Shown here one piece after another: positions 49,242-61,905 of a DNA stretch of 64,000 bases. Positions within the stretch are counted from its first letter, which is position 1; every line of letters begins with the position of its first letter. This stretch comes from Takakia lepidozioides (Eukaryota; Plantae; Bryophyta): contig CM060734.1 in assembly GCA_030704615.1 (NCBI GenBank), forward strand, positions 57,164,001 to 57,228,000, given 5' to 3'. Position numbers and translations under genes: made by a program. The notes beneath the pieces were generated by a model that was not told the origin of the DNA, searched no databases, and worked only from the letters and a program-made list of their open reading frames with translations.

Positions 49242-51573
49242 TGAGCAAACCCTCAGTCCGCCCCATTGCAGCCAGAGAGGTTTTTTACCGCCTTGTCAGC
49301 CGCTTGCTTTGCTTTCAGTTTCGAGACGCATTCTCCGCCCACCTCTTTCCTCACCAGCTCGGGGTCGCCACTCCAGGAGGTTGCGAGGCGGTGGTTCAGG
49401 GGATTCGTGTTGCTCTCAATCTTCATCCGGATTGGGTGGTTCTACAGGTTGACGTCACCAACGCTTTCAACACTGTGTCATGGGCGGCTATCTTCCTAGA
49501 GCTCCGTTCAGCCGGGGGAGATTTCCACCAGCTCACCGTTTGTTTGATTATTCTATGCATCTGCCACTTCCCTTTACTACAGTCATCATTCTCGCCTGGG
49601 TGAGTGCTCCATCATTCAATCCGAGGTTGGGACCCGCCAAGGCGACCCTTTAGGAGGACCTTTGTTTGCCACGGCTCGCGTCCGCTCCCTCATGGCTTCT
49701 GCACAAGTACATTCATCTTGTCTCTTTCCATCGGTGGCAGACGACACGCACATCGTAGGCCCTGCCTCGCAGATACTTCCAACTTACCATCATTTTATCA
49801 TCCAACTCGATGTCGTGGGCCTTTCAGTGCAACCTCGCAAATGTGCGGTGTGGTCTCCGTCCTGTCTACCTGAGATTTTGTTCTCCCTGCTCATTTCATT
49901 GCTCCGCCCAATGGCATCAGAATCTTGGGAGTCATTTGTGACATCACCCAGTTCACAAAGTCCTTCTTAGAAGATGCACTCCACCAGGATGCCACCCACG
50001 CTGATCTCCTTCCTAAGCTTCGAGATGTGCAGGTACCATACGGAATCTTGATCAAATGTTCCTTCAGCGTCCCTTCTATCCAACTTCTATCTCTTGCGCA
50101 CAGTTCCACCTAGCCCAAATTTCCTACACCTTTTATCTGGGTTTGATTCTATCATGATGGCCATTTTCGGGAGATTGCTAGGACCAGGAGCTCTGGAGGG
50201 TGCTCAGGGTCTTTTGCCACGGCAACAAATCACCCTGCCCATCTCTTCCGGTGGTGTGGGTCTTTTGTCCACCGTCACTACAGCCCCAGCAGCCTTCCTC
50301 GGGAGTTGGGCGTTGGTTGTGCCAGCCCTCGCTTCACGATTTCTCTGCGACCATCGTCCCATCCTTATGGACGCCGTTGCGCATGTCGACTGTGGCATTT
50401 TACCCTTCCAACAACATCTCCGCTCTGCACGTGATCTTCTTCTGGCACCGGCGCGAGCATGTCTACCACCATTTGAGCAGCTGGTTACTCAAGGCCTAGA
50501 CCATCTTCAGGAGTCCATTTCCGAGCGCGTGCACCGTCATTCCTTTTCCGGCATGCTCTCAAGTGCTTCTTTCTGAGTTACATCGGGCCCGAGTTCTATC
50601 ATGCGCATGACCTAGAGTAGGGGCGTGGTTGGCAGCACGATCCACTAGCGCACTTTTCTGCCTCACATCCCTTCTTTTCACTACTACACTCCGCCTTCGA
50701 CTCGGTTTACCTCATCCTTCAGCATTGGGCTTTCAGAGATGCGTCTGTCATCAGCCCATCGATGACCTTGCCATTCACCTCCTCCGCTGCCCATGTGGTG
50801 GCGAGCGCACTGCATCTCATGATATGGTTCGTGATGCGGTGGCATCTGTTGCTCGGGAGGCAGGGTATTATGTACTACGTGAGCAACCCCATCTTCGGCC
50901 GACGCTCACATCCCACTCTGCACGCCGCCATGTTGACATCGTTCTCTCCAAAGATGGTCTGCGTACCCTTGCAGATGTTGTTCTCGCCGACCCCACTCGA
51001 ACAGATCTACTATCTCGCGCAGCCACCACACAAGGCACGACAGCCACTATAGCAGCTCAGGCCAAGGAGCGCAACTACAATGATCGTGACCCCACCGACA
51101 GATTTCTTCCGCTGGCGGTCGAGATATTTGACTCCTTGCACAGGCACTTCGATGATTTCCTTCGGACATGTGCACATCATGCAGCGCAGAGCAAGTCCAC
51201 TGGCATCCCGCATGCCTCCGTCCTTGTCGCATACTATCGGCAGCGAGTTTTAGTTGTTTTGTAGAGAGCACAAGCCATATCTATTTTGCATCGGGCTGAT
51301 GTGGTTGGCTCCGCGTCATCTCATCTTCCGCCTATGCTTGACACTTTGTCTATCTCATTGCCTGATCTCCTTCAGGCTGTTGGTTTGGAGGGTCATCTGG
51401 TTGAGTAGCCTACTATAGCTTTTGTTTTCTTCCTGGTTGAGTAGCTTACTATAGCTTTGTTTTCTTCCTCTTGTTTCTTGCTTCTTTCCCCCCCTTTTTG
51501 GGAGTTTCTCATCTTCTGTACATTCGCCCATTGTACATGTTGTAAATAAAATCTTACAGGGTTTCATCATCAT
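49242..51573 (+). mobile_element. CRE-like non-LTR retrotransposon, 3' part: RT, CCHC and restriction-like endonuclease
   Basis: QLGVATPGGCE, QVDVTNAFN, GTRQGDPLGGPLF, SVADD; CVC..HLLRC..SHDMVRD; RHVDI..LADV..DP, AKERNY, PLAVE (RLE motif); AATAAA and a (CAT)n tail near 51545-51573. Confidence 0.85.
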
Positions 51574-52109
51574 ACACAGGTTAAGGAATACATATAGTTA
51601 GTGTATTGTTAAATGACTATTTTTTCATGGGAAGAGATCAAGTGCTTGAAGAAGCTGCAAGTGGGCATGATCCTCTAGCTTTTGCAACTGCATATGCTTC
51701 ACTCACTGTTGTGTACATGTTCCAACCTGGATTGAGACAAGTGTTGGTGGGTATAGCGACCACTACAGCTGCAAACAGCAAACATGTAAGGGGCAGCCCT
51801 GGATCAAGGAGACCAGAAGCGCTAGCACAACAGCTACTGGTTACAGATCAGCTGGATCACCCTCTATCGGAGTTCAACACATCAGGTATATGTTGGCCAA
51901 TCATTCGGGACAACAATTGAATTGTGGGCAGTTTGTTGGCTAGAAGTTGCAACGGGAATGGAAGATATTATGGAAGAAATGGCCGAGCAATGAGCAATTA
52001 GCCTTGGCCCATGCCGAGTTGGCGGTGGGAGGAGAAGAAAGAAGTGCATGGGAGACCCAGAGGGCCTGTGTGTGTGTGTGTGTGTGTGAGTGAGAGAGAG
52101 AGAGAGAGA

Positions 52110-52340
52110 ATGTACTCATAAGACGTTGTTTGCCGGAGCCTTGTGGCCATAGACCCTGCCCCAGTTTGGGCGGAACGACAGGGAAAGTCACCACCTTTGT
52201 GAGGGCTCACTCTAGTAGTTAGACTTACCTTGATATAAACAATTGGATCGGGCTTCCAGATTTCCCCTAGAAACTCTTTCTCACAAGCATCAATGTGCTG
52301 TCTACCTAGCAATTAAACCCAAACCCGCACATCGGGCATT

Positions 52341-52345
<5 letters not shown>
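52110..52345 (-). mobile_element. 3' fragment of the same LINE family as 90-743, flanked by (GA)n
   Basis: Colinear similarity to 92-280; (GT)n(GA)n on the left and (GA)n on the right. Confidence 0.75.
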
Positions 52346-52376
<31 letters not shown>

Positions 52377-53189
52377 TACACTGCTACTCTATTTTCTGTG
52401 TCAAGCATCTTTTCCGAACTATGTTGGGTGAAGCATGTGCATATGGGCTTCTTTGCTGAAGCTGGCTCTGTGCAAATTTTTGTATCCAATCATGTGAGTC
52501 CCTTTCTCACTCCAGTTGACTTCTCTTTGCAGCAGTAGACAAGATTTTTGCACCATAAGGGCTTTGGCAAATTAATTGATTCTTTGGGCTCTACTCTTGT
52601 TGTTCTTCGTTTTGGAACTTAGATGAGGGACTAAAAAGCTGGCAGCCATTGACAGGAGACTGCCTACATACGTCATAGCTGGTAGGTGTTGTTTTTTCTT
52701 GGATGACCTTGCATCTTATCAAATTTATCTCTATGCTCAAGTTTAATGGGTGGTGAGATTATTCCTTTTTGGATGCTCCTTCAGCTGATACCCGATGACC
52801 TGGCATTCCAATCTGGAGATGAGCCAAGTTATGAGACAGTAGGTAATGATCTCACCTGAGGGCCGTGCCAATGTTCCTCAACAAAATCTGCGCGTGTGTG
52901 ATGAATAACTGACACAGATGCACCTCTCTCCAAAGTGCACGAGTCTGTTTTCACAAGAATAGGGCGAGCACGAGCGCATCCATTTGTCCCTCTTGGTATA
53001 ATACCCTGGTGGTGTATGCCTTGCCAAGACTGTGACCTCAAAGAGTTCCCATAGAATAGTCAACCAAGTACAATTATATTTCACATAATCCCTATTCGTA
53101 AGCTGGACTGATTGCATGTGTTGATTCTCTCTCTCTCCAGGCATCTTGGGGTTTCTCCTGGGGATATTGGTTTGCCATATAAGCTGTCT

Positions 53190-53762
53190 TATAAATGCCT
53201 CCATGGTTCAACATTTGGAGAGCCTCTTTCAATTTCCCTGCCTCGCATAGTGTCCTCACATGCCCAGAAGTGGCAAAAGAGGTATTGTGGACTCCTTGTC
53301 TTGGTCCTCTTTCGGAAGCTATGGTCATGGTGGAGGGCCTCGATTTTATCAACTGTGCCGCTGCTTCCAATTGACCATCTACCCATGCAGGTTTCTTGTA
53401 ACTATCAATCCATAGGGAATCATAGGTACTCTTGTGCTTGAAATCCGGCCCTCTTGGATGAATCTGGACCCACACTCCATCCCTGCTCCTTTAGCTCTCC
53501 GTGCCTCGGCACCAATAGTGCATAGATCATCCCCTTGCTACTAGCAGCTGACAATGACAGCCTAAGTTTTTCCTTGCGAACACCCCACCCACTTAGCACA
53601 GACTAGTTCCTATGCTGAATTGCTCCCAAGACTTCCATAATTTGTTGGGGGAAGAGGAAGGGTGACAATTTGTCAGAAAGCTTTTGAGATGCATATTCTT
53701 GTCTGATTCTCTCCGTAATTTAACATGCATTCACCTTTATGCCTCGATTGTCCCACAATCGA
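53190..53762 (-). pseudogene. Truncated PDF-PPR gene copy (last PDF motif and start of the PPR exon)
   Basis: LWDNRGIK|intron|IHPRGPDFKHKSTYDSLWIDSYKKPAWV..LNHGGI, close to 8250-8815; cut by a CACTA terminus at 53763 and truncated at ~53190. Confidence 0.85.
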
Positions 53763-56700
53763 CACTACAGGATAAGGGGGGGGGGGGACGCCCACCCCCA
53801 CCCCGTGGCGCCTCTCCCGTGCGACGCCCCCGCGGCATCGCAAAAACACTGCCAAAATCCACTTTTTTGTGGATTTTGGCCAAGTTCTTGATTGCGACGC
53901 AATGAAAAAATGTTTTGAAAAAAAAACCGTTGCGCCTAGCTGCGACACCCTGGGCGTCGCATCAAGCACCCCCAGGAGGGAAAAAATAATAATTAAAAAT
54001 GAAAAAATAAATAATAAAAAACGTCGCATTTTGAATGCGATGCCCTAGGCGTCGCAAAAGTGTTGCATCAAGCACCCCAGGGTAAAATTGTTAAAAAAAA
54101 CCACCCCCCCCCAAAAAAAAAAAAAAAAAAAAAAAACGTCGCATTGAGTTTTTTTTTTTGCTTAGTCATTTTTAGCGACGCCGAAGGCGTCACATTTGAG
54201 TTTTTTTTCCGTTGATAAGTCATTTGTAGCGACGCCTGAGGCGTCGCTACAAATCACTTGATCATTTTTTGGTTTCTAGAGTAGAGGGTGCAGGAAAAGC
54301 GATGCCAGAGGCGTCACTTACATTTGAGCGACGCGAGGAGTGTCGCTTTGAGGTCGCGACGAACAACGCTCGCATGAACTACCTTATGTACAATGAAATC
54401 ATGAGTTTGTGTGTAAGTTAGGTAAGAGATATGTTGGTTAGTGTGAAGTGTCTTACTATGTGTATAATCTAGAGATCTTGAGTTAAAATTTGTCTAGCAA
54501 TATTTTGAATGAATTAAGAACTCAATATGTGTCGGCTACTTGCAAAAACATGTTGAAGGGTTAGGTTTCACATTACGTGGCTAATGTGTGTCCCACCCTT
54601 TTTTGAATCATGTGGATCCCGTCATTTTTCAAAATAACAAATGTTGAATTCACAAAACTCTTTATCTTAGTGTTGGTCAATTCGAGCTCATTTGCAGATA
54701 TGTGCACATAGCTTGACATGAAATCATGTTGTCTTGACATAAATATGAAGTAATCATCGTACTTTGCAATTCAAAAGAATGCCCAATGTTGTGTATCTAT
54801 TAATGTTATATCTACTTGTTCATGATTGCAAAGGCACTGCAAATCCTTGTAGTATGATCAGATGTGTTGGAAACCTATATTATTTCTTTCGAGAGGGAAT
54901 AACGACCGTAGGTTGACATTCTAGCAATGATGAAAATGATGGCCACACTCATCTTGGAGGACGGTCTTACTTTGCAATTGAGCAAAAGGATGTGGGTTCT
55001 TTCCACTGTACTTGCTGATGGATCACGGAGTAAGATGCTCAAGGAGGGGATAATGGCAGATCGCATGACTCGGTGAGGGGGCCGATCCAATTGGAGAAAA
55101 GAAAGCATTCCTGTGAATCATTGTTTCATTCAAGTCTATTGATATTGCGGGGGCAATCTGAACAACACCCGTGTTGTGTTTTTCTAAGTTGGGTCAAAGT
55201 AGCAAAGATGGGTCCAGATCCAAGGACCAATTTGGGTATAGGGGAAGCAGTAGGGGATCAGGAGATATTGGTGGGGGCAGATTCCTAGAAGTCAAAGAAA
55301 CCAGGATCAATCTGTAGTGGAGTAGGGCCACGAACTATACTCTTGCACTTGTTGGTTAAATCATTTTTCACCTCCAAATTGAGTTGTCAAGACGGTTCCT
55401 CATTTTCCCAAATCTCCATATCATGATGTACAAACATGAAGTTAGATTAGTAACTACAAAATATATCATAGTACAGTTGAAAAAATAAAAATATATCAAG
55501 AACTTGCAAATTCACATGAACAACACGTCGTTCCTCCATTTCTTGATCGTCAGCTTTTTGGAATGTGACTCAAGACCTATCGTCGACTATGTCACCTCTG
55601 AACACCATAATCTACAATCGTTTTTTCGGCCGATTGTACTTGCTATACGATTTAGCATCTCTAAATAATTCAGTCTGTAGCACATTGTAGTTGTTTTCTA
55701 TGTTATGCACTATAACTTCTTCCATCCTTGCTTGTGATGCCTGCGTATAGGTAAGTTTGCGCAAGTTCAAATGTCATTGAAGAATCAAGTTGGCTCCGAA
55801 GGATACTCGGTTGATGCTATCTCTGAGCAAATCGAGTTCAACGATTACCTTTACTCTGCAGTTGCTGAAACTAGCCGAGGGAGCACTGCCGGATCCATTG
55901 GAGAGGACTCTCGAGGGCATCACCTGCTTCTGGTGGGCTGCTTCTTCCTTGCTATCAAGTACAACGCAGACAAGCAACATAATGTGCCCAAAGTATGAAC
56001 GAGTACCCATTACAAGAAATAAAAAGCTTTACCGATCCAAAGATTCCTTGAGATGAATGGCGACCAAGGCCTCCCCCTCTCTATTTATACTGGCACATGC
56101 GGGATGGATGTATTCGTTAAGTACATCTTCTATTTTCTTTGTAAGACCTTGAATGTAGCTTCATTGCACTTTTCATGTATGCAAGATCAAGACTGGTGGA
56201 ATGATTAAATGATGAACTCCCCGATCCGTCAAAGGGAAATCGTCCGGTAAAGCGGATGGCCACGACATCAACGCCATCAGAAGATGAAGATTGGTGCTTA
56301 AATGTTGCACCCGAACTTGACAGCCGCCAACCTAATTTTTTGACTTAACAGCCTTTCCAAAACAACTTTGGATATCTATTACATGCAATAAAGTTAAAAG
56401 CTTCACAAATCCGGAGGCACCTTTGTTTATATTTCTCTTTGCAAAACCTTCATTGCAATTTATCAGGACTCATGTAGAAGCTTGGTGCTTAAATATTGCA
56501 TAACCGCCATCTACCTTTTCGACCTTTTTGTGTGTTTTGCATTGTGTTTTGTTTTATTTTCTTCCCCTCTATTATTTTTGTTTTCAAATTGTTTGAAAAG
56601 AAATCGCATTGATATTCCAAAAGTTCAACAAAGCAAGGACTTTTGTAATTAATGTTGGAATGAAATGAACACAAAAACCACAAAAAATATGAGGATGATA

Positions 56701-58700
56701 GTACCATTAATCAAACACAATCCTCTTTTTATGAACATTGAAGCAACGAATACCTCCAGTTCTAAAATGAGTTGAATGAATTCCGGCATGTTAATTTACA
56801 TATATCTTTTCTAGGTTAGTTCGAACATCTAGCTACAACTCAGTATTTGCGTTGAAATATTGGTATTAAGACGGTAAAGAAAAAATATATCAACATAGAG
56901 TCTTTTCAACATAACTTATTTGGATACCCCATAACAAGAAATAATACACAATAGTCATTTTTTGTCAACCAAGTTTCCAATGAGATTGTTGAAGTTGCAC
57001 TCAATACAACTTTTTTGTTTAGAACTCAACAACATCAAGTGGGAATAATTTCGAATTCATATATATGCATCAAAGCGGTATTCCTCCCAACTTAGGGCAA
57101 CGATCATGAAGACTAAACTCCTATATGATCTTCGATATTACTATGAAAAGTGCATTTGATAACTATGTCAAGAAATTTCCGCTTGTGTTGCCATGACCTC
57201 ATGGTACAGATGAACACATGAGGTGCACATGAAGTTCTTTTAGGTGTACCAATATAAATTGAATGCGTAAAATCCACCAAGGTGAGTATCCACACACAAC
57301 CAATTCACCTTGCCAAGCCGGTTAATGTGCGTTGTGTACGAGATCATATCTCCTAGTATCGTCGGGACCCCTTAGTCCTAAACTCAAGGTTGGGGTCAAT
57401 TTTTCTTTTAAGCCTAGTCAATTATGTTGTGCTTTGTGGGTTCTTTCGTTCTTTCATATGATTACGCTAGTCTTGAGTGAGAATGATCACTCATTGACAA
57501 GACAATTCATCTTGGACTTATATTGAATTTGTAAATATACTTCAATGTCCTCGGTGCTAATCCTTGATCCCACGAAGAAATATATCCCACTAATACCGCC
57601 TCTCCTTTGGAATATGGTAGGTGCATATGTTTGAGCACTTAGATGGGTGTATATGGTAACGCTTACGAAGGCATGAATTGAGCCCAGAACAACGTGGACA
57701 TAAACTTTACATGTATGCTAGTTGCTATATGGTTAAAAATGTTAGGTCGTTCATGCTAGATGTACTTGAAGATTTGATTTTGGGACTTTGTTTATGCCTT
57801 ACTAGACAACTTGAGTAGTCAAGTTCTTGATTAGGTGTTGAAGTAATGATGATCGAAGTCCTTCAAACGAACGCTTAATTGAAACAACACGTGTTATAGA
57901 TAGATAGAGCTCAACGAAATGTTGCTTGGCACCATGTCACCCTCATTTTGTGTGTAATACTATAACCGATGGGCAATAAGGCGTCAGTCTCATCAAGCAC
58001 ATTACCTTGTTTTAAAAAACACTCAGAATGACTCCATGATATAAGACGGTGATTATAACTAACAATCAGTGGGCACATAGACATCATCTGTGAATTTTTC
58101 AAAACTTTACTTTTTAAAGTTTCATGTGTCTCACAAATTTCTATACACAATTTTTACACATAAATTTACGTACTCGTTATGAGAAATGGTGATAGAACAA
58201 TCTTACCTCTCAATCATCCCCATACAAAGCAACTCATCTGAAAAAACAAACTTATCTAGTCTTGCAATTAGGAAGGTGGTACTAATCAATCCACCAATGA
58301 ATTGGAATATGTGGTCTCAAGGGAAGAGAAAATACGAAAAGGCACCATATTGTGATCTGGTCAAACCATAACTTTGTGGGACTTTTGAGTGAGAATTCAA
58401 AATTTTTAGGTCCACAAAAATATTATCGTTTTCTATTTCCAAGGTGGAATCATGCCCACTTTGGTCAGTGTGACGCGTAACTCAACTAGGCACAATGGAA
58501 TTTGTGGATGAATGGTGGTAGGTAGGTGCATTGATTTTAGTGTGGCAAGGTACAAAAAATAACCAAAAAGTTGAAAACATGCTTGGGAGATTAAGGGATA
58601 AATATCGTGCTAAGTTGTCCAAACCAATACTAGTCTCTAGTTTTCTTTTCACCCAAGGAGGCTTGAGCTAACCCTCGTTCCACAACCCCTCTTGTATCCA
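53763..58700. mobile_element. Degenerate CACTA-like DNA transposon (right boundary uncertain)
   Basis: Begins CACTACA exactly where homology to the PDF exon stops; many GCGTCGC/GCGACGC subterminal repeats at 53820-54360; AT-rich decayed interior; no matching right TIR found. Confidence 0.5.
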
Positions 58701-58744
58701 CTGGTTATGTTAGTAGTTTGGAGTTTTTGGACATCTCCATAAAA

Positions 58745-59170
58745 TCACCAGGGAGCAGCTGAGTGGAGCCCTCCAAGTACCTTACAAACTACCTTGCGCA
58801 TCCTACTTTCACACCCTGCTTAGGAAGAACAACCTATTGTACTGACAGTAAAAGCAGTTTTTGCAAAAATTCGAACGTCACTTGGGCTACAATCAGTCCA
58901 CACGACGTTGGCATACATGTGTACAAGAGCTGAGTCAAACTCCCTCACACTCTCTCACATCTCGGCAATGGGGTAGTCCAACCATTGTGAAAGATCTCTA
59001 AAGAACTCAGCACCATAGCAACCACATGCAAGGGAGTCTGTCCACTGTGCATTGTCAAGGTGTAGGATTGCCCCTTTCAGCTCTGCAGCCCAGCCCCTTA
59101 ATCCACTGCATGACTGAGGCCCTCTCGCATGACGAAAACGAGAGTACAAAGCCTTGGGTGTCGAATTTCA
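58745..59170 (-). pseudogene. 5' remnant (exon 1, PDF1 half-exon, intron) of a PDF-PPR copy
   Basis: Reverse complement similar to 7190-7880; reads ..SRFRHARG..RGWAAELK..EFFRDLSQWLD with internal deletions. Confidence 0.7.
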
Positions 59171-60016
59171 GCATACTCACATATTATTGTACTCTGCCTC
59201 TTGCCTAAGTGCATCGAGATGAAAAGCCTGAATAGCAGAGGCATTAACTTGCAAACAATATACACAACTTTGACCAACATTTTAGGACTTCGGCATTTTT
59301 TTCTGCAACATTTAGTTGGACTTCAGTCATCTGGTGTGTACGGTCCCCAAAATGTGGCCATTGGCTATATTTGGTTGGAGGGATGAATTGGGGTTTAGCC
59401 AAAATTCTCTGTTTTGCTACTTGTGATTTAGAAAAGTGTATAGGGGGATGGTATGCAAATTTGGCAATCTTGCCATAGTTACTTTACTTTCAGCAAGGGT
59501 GGGTATTGGATGGCAAAAGAAGAATAGCCAGCAATATTGTTCACAAGTTCACTACCCCATCGAGGTCAGGTACAAAGGAGGCCCCATCAAATCTGCATAT
59601 TTTGAAGTGAAAATTTTCATACATATGCTTGACTTGATGATGGACTAGAATCCATTCCCGATTTCCCATGCTGTTTTGAAAACATTTCCGCGGTTTACTT
59701 TGCCATCAACATTTGAGAGAGAGAGTATGTTGATTTCACCATTGGCCCAAGATCAAACTTTCTAATCTCTCGGAGATCCGAGGGGGGCTTCCTGTTTTTT
59801 TCGGCATTTGGATGCGGAAGGTAGGTGGGCATCCATCCCTACGGTGGACACGACTGGTTCATCCAGAATCTAGAGCTATGGTCCCAACCTGCTAGGGGCT
59901 CTGGGCTGCCAGGCCAATTTCCAGCCCACCCAAGGTCCTTTAAGGGTACTTAAGCCCAACAGTCTTCTACATACCCTTAAAAAGTTTGTTGGAAAGTTGA
60001 CCACTGGCATTTTTAC

Positions 60017-61074
60017 CAGTGTTGGGCGGGTATATGAATTACCCTGATATACCCGGCGGGTATATCAGGGTATATTGATATATATATACCCTGGTGTGGC
60101 AAGTTTAGGTGCCCGGATGTATACCCTTATATTAGGGTATATTTTTATGATATACCCTTATCCTTATATTTACCCTGCATCAAGACGCTCAATATACCCT
60201 ACTTTTCTGAAAGGTATATGTTAAAATGAAGGGTATATCTAATCAGGGTATATAAGGGCTTTTATGTGCCTTCATAGCCTTTATGTGCTAGGTCTTTTCG
60301 CTTTTTGTTGTGTTGTTAGGGAGCCTTGAGCTATAAGAAAGCTCCAATCACAGCTAAAACAAATGCTACATATATATCATTCCTAAAATGTCATATAACC
60401 CAAACAATACCTCTTCAGATCTCGTATATATATATATAAAAGGAAACATGACAGCCCACAGAGGGCAGCGGGTTGGAACCCGGAACCACCAGAGCGATAC
60501 ACACTGTGCACTTACCAGCTCACTGGCTACCAGCCCATGTGCCTTTTTTTTTTTTTTTTTTTTTTTTTTGGGAAAGGGGAGGTAGCCCTTGAGAACTTTA
60601 TTAAAAATCATTGAATGGAAAAAATTAAACCCTTAGATGCCCGTAGGCCGCCTTTTTTTTAATCTCAAACCTCCGAGGAGTCCTCCATCTTGCATTGGAA
60701 GTTAACACCAAAATATTATGCAATATCTTATCAATTTTCTCTTTTACCATAGATTGTATTTTTTGTGTTTTGTACATATTGAAGAACAAAAAAAAACAAA
60801 AAAACATCATATATTCTTTAAAACATTAAATTATATATTAATTGAAATAACTATCCATACCCGGAAACTATTCATACCCTCAGGGTATATTTTGGCATAT
60901 AAATCCATACCCGGGGGTTATATAGAAATCTGAAAAGTTAATTTACCCATACCCGGAGGGTAAATATTTTTTTGAGATTTCAATTTATCCATACCTGGAG
61001 GGTAAATGATTTGACAAAAATAATTTACTTATACCCTAAGGGTATATTGAAATCAATATACCTGCACAACACTG
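60017..61074. mobile_element. Non-autonomous hAT-type element
   Basis: TIRs CAGTGTTGGGCGGGTATAT / ATATACCTGCACAACACTG; exact 8-bp TSD ATTTTTAC (60009-60016, 61075-61082); ATACCC/GGGTAT subterminal repeats. Confidence 0.88.
60440..60536 (-). mobile_element. tRNA-derived SINE-like element
   Basis: Minus strand GGGCTGGTAGCCAGTGAGCTGG..GGGTTCCAACCC has A- and B-box-like motifs; a second copy lies at 39680-39740. Confidence 0.55.
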
Positions 61075-61905
61075 ATTTTTACCTGGGGTTCCATTTTTTG
61101 TTTCAAGGCTTATAATAAAGTCTGAGAGTATTTGCCTTATGGCAGCCTACGGGCATGTAAGGGTTTAATTTTTTCCCTTCAATAATCCTCAATTTTATAC
61201 ATTGATAGCAAGCGCAAACATTGACAAGGAGGACCATCACTCTAGGCCATTGCTCAAATGCAAACAGAGCTGTTAGGAAATTCCTTTGCATGAGGTCTCC
61301 AAAAAGAGACCACACCTAACATTAGAATGTGCAGTGTCATTTGAGGAATGTGTGTTGTGGAGTTAGGACAGAGAACACATAGTATTACTGGAGATATGAA
61401 ATGAAGAGAACACATGCTTCCAGTTCCATGGGATCCCCCAGCAAACCTTTCAGTCATAAGACATGAACTAGCGTTGGATATATTTCATTTAACCCTTAAT
61501 GATCTAATTGGGTTTGTGCCATGATAGTTCAAGCCGGGAATTTTCTTTTCTGCGTCTGACATCTATGGTCAGTAGAGGCATGCTTTCTTGCAGTATGATG
61601 TGGACTTTATGGCTTCTTATGTGACTGAGGAATTGGATTATATTGAAGCTAATACCCTATTCACACTATGAATATAATGCGGCAAAACCCGTGCGTCCAG
61701 ATATGACAAAGTGTCCCATGCTGTGGGATTGGCAATGCTGGGTCCAAAGTGGAACCTAGCCCCAAGTTGGAAGGTTCACATGCAAGAGGAAATGCCCTCA
61801 ACAGTATATCAAAGCCAATATTCTCAGGAAATGGTGGATGAACCAAGTAGCTACGGAGATCACTCATTGAACCAAGACAGTCACACCTCTCCAAAAAACA
61901 TCGTT

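Noticed and set aside
60460-60536. Functional tRNA gene
   Set aside because: Acceptor and anticodon stems are imperfect, the B-box is altered and a diverged copy exists in another TE; better explained as a SINE.
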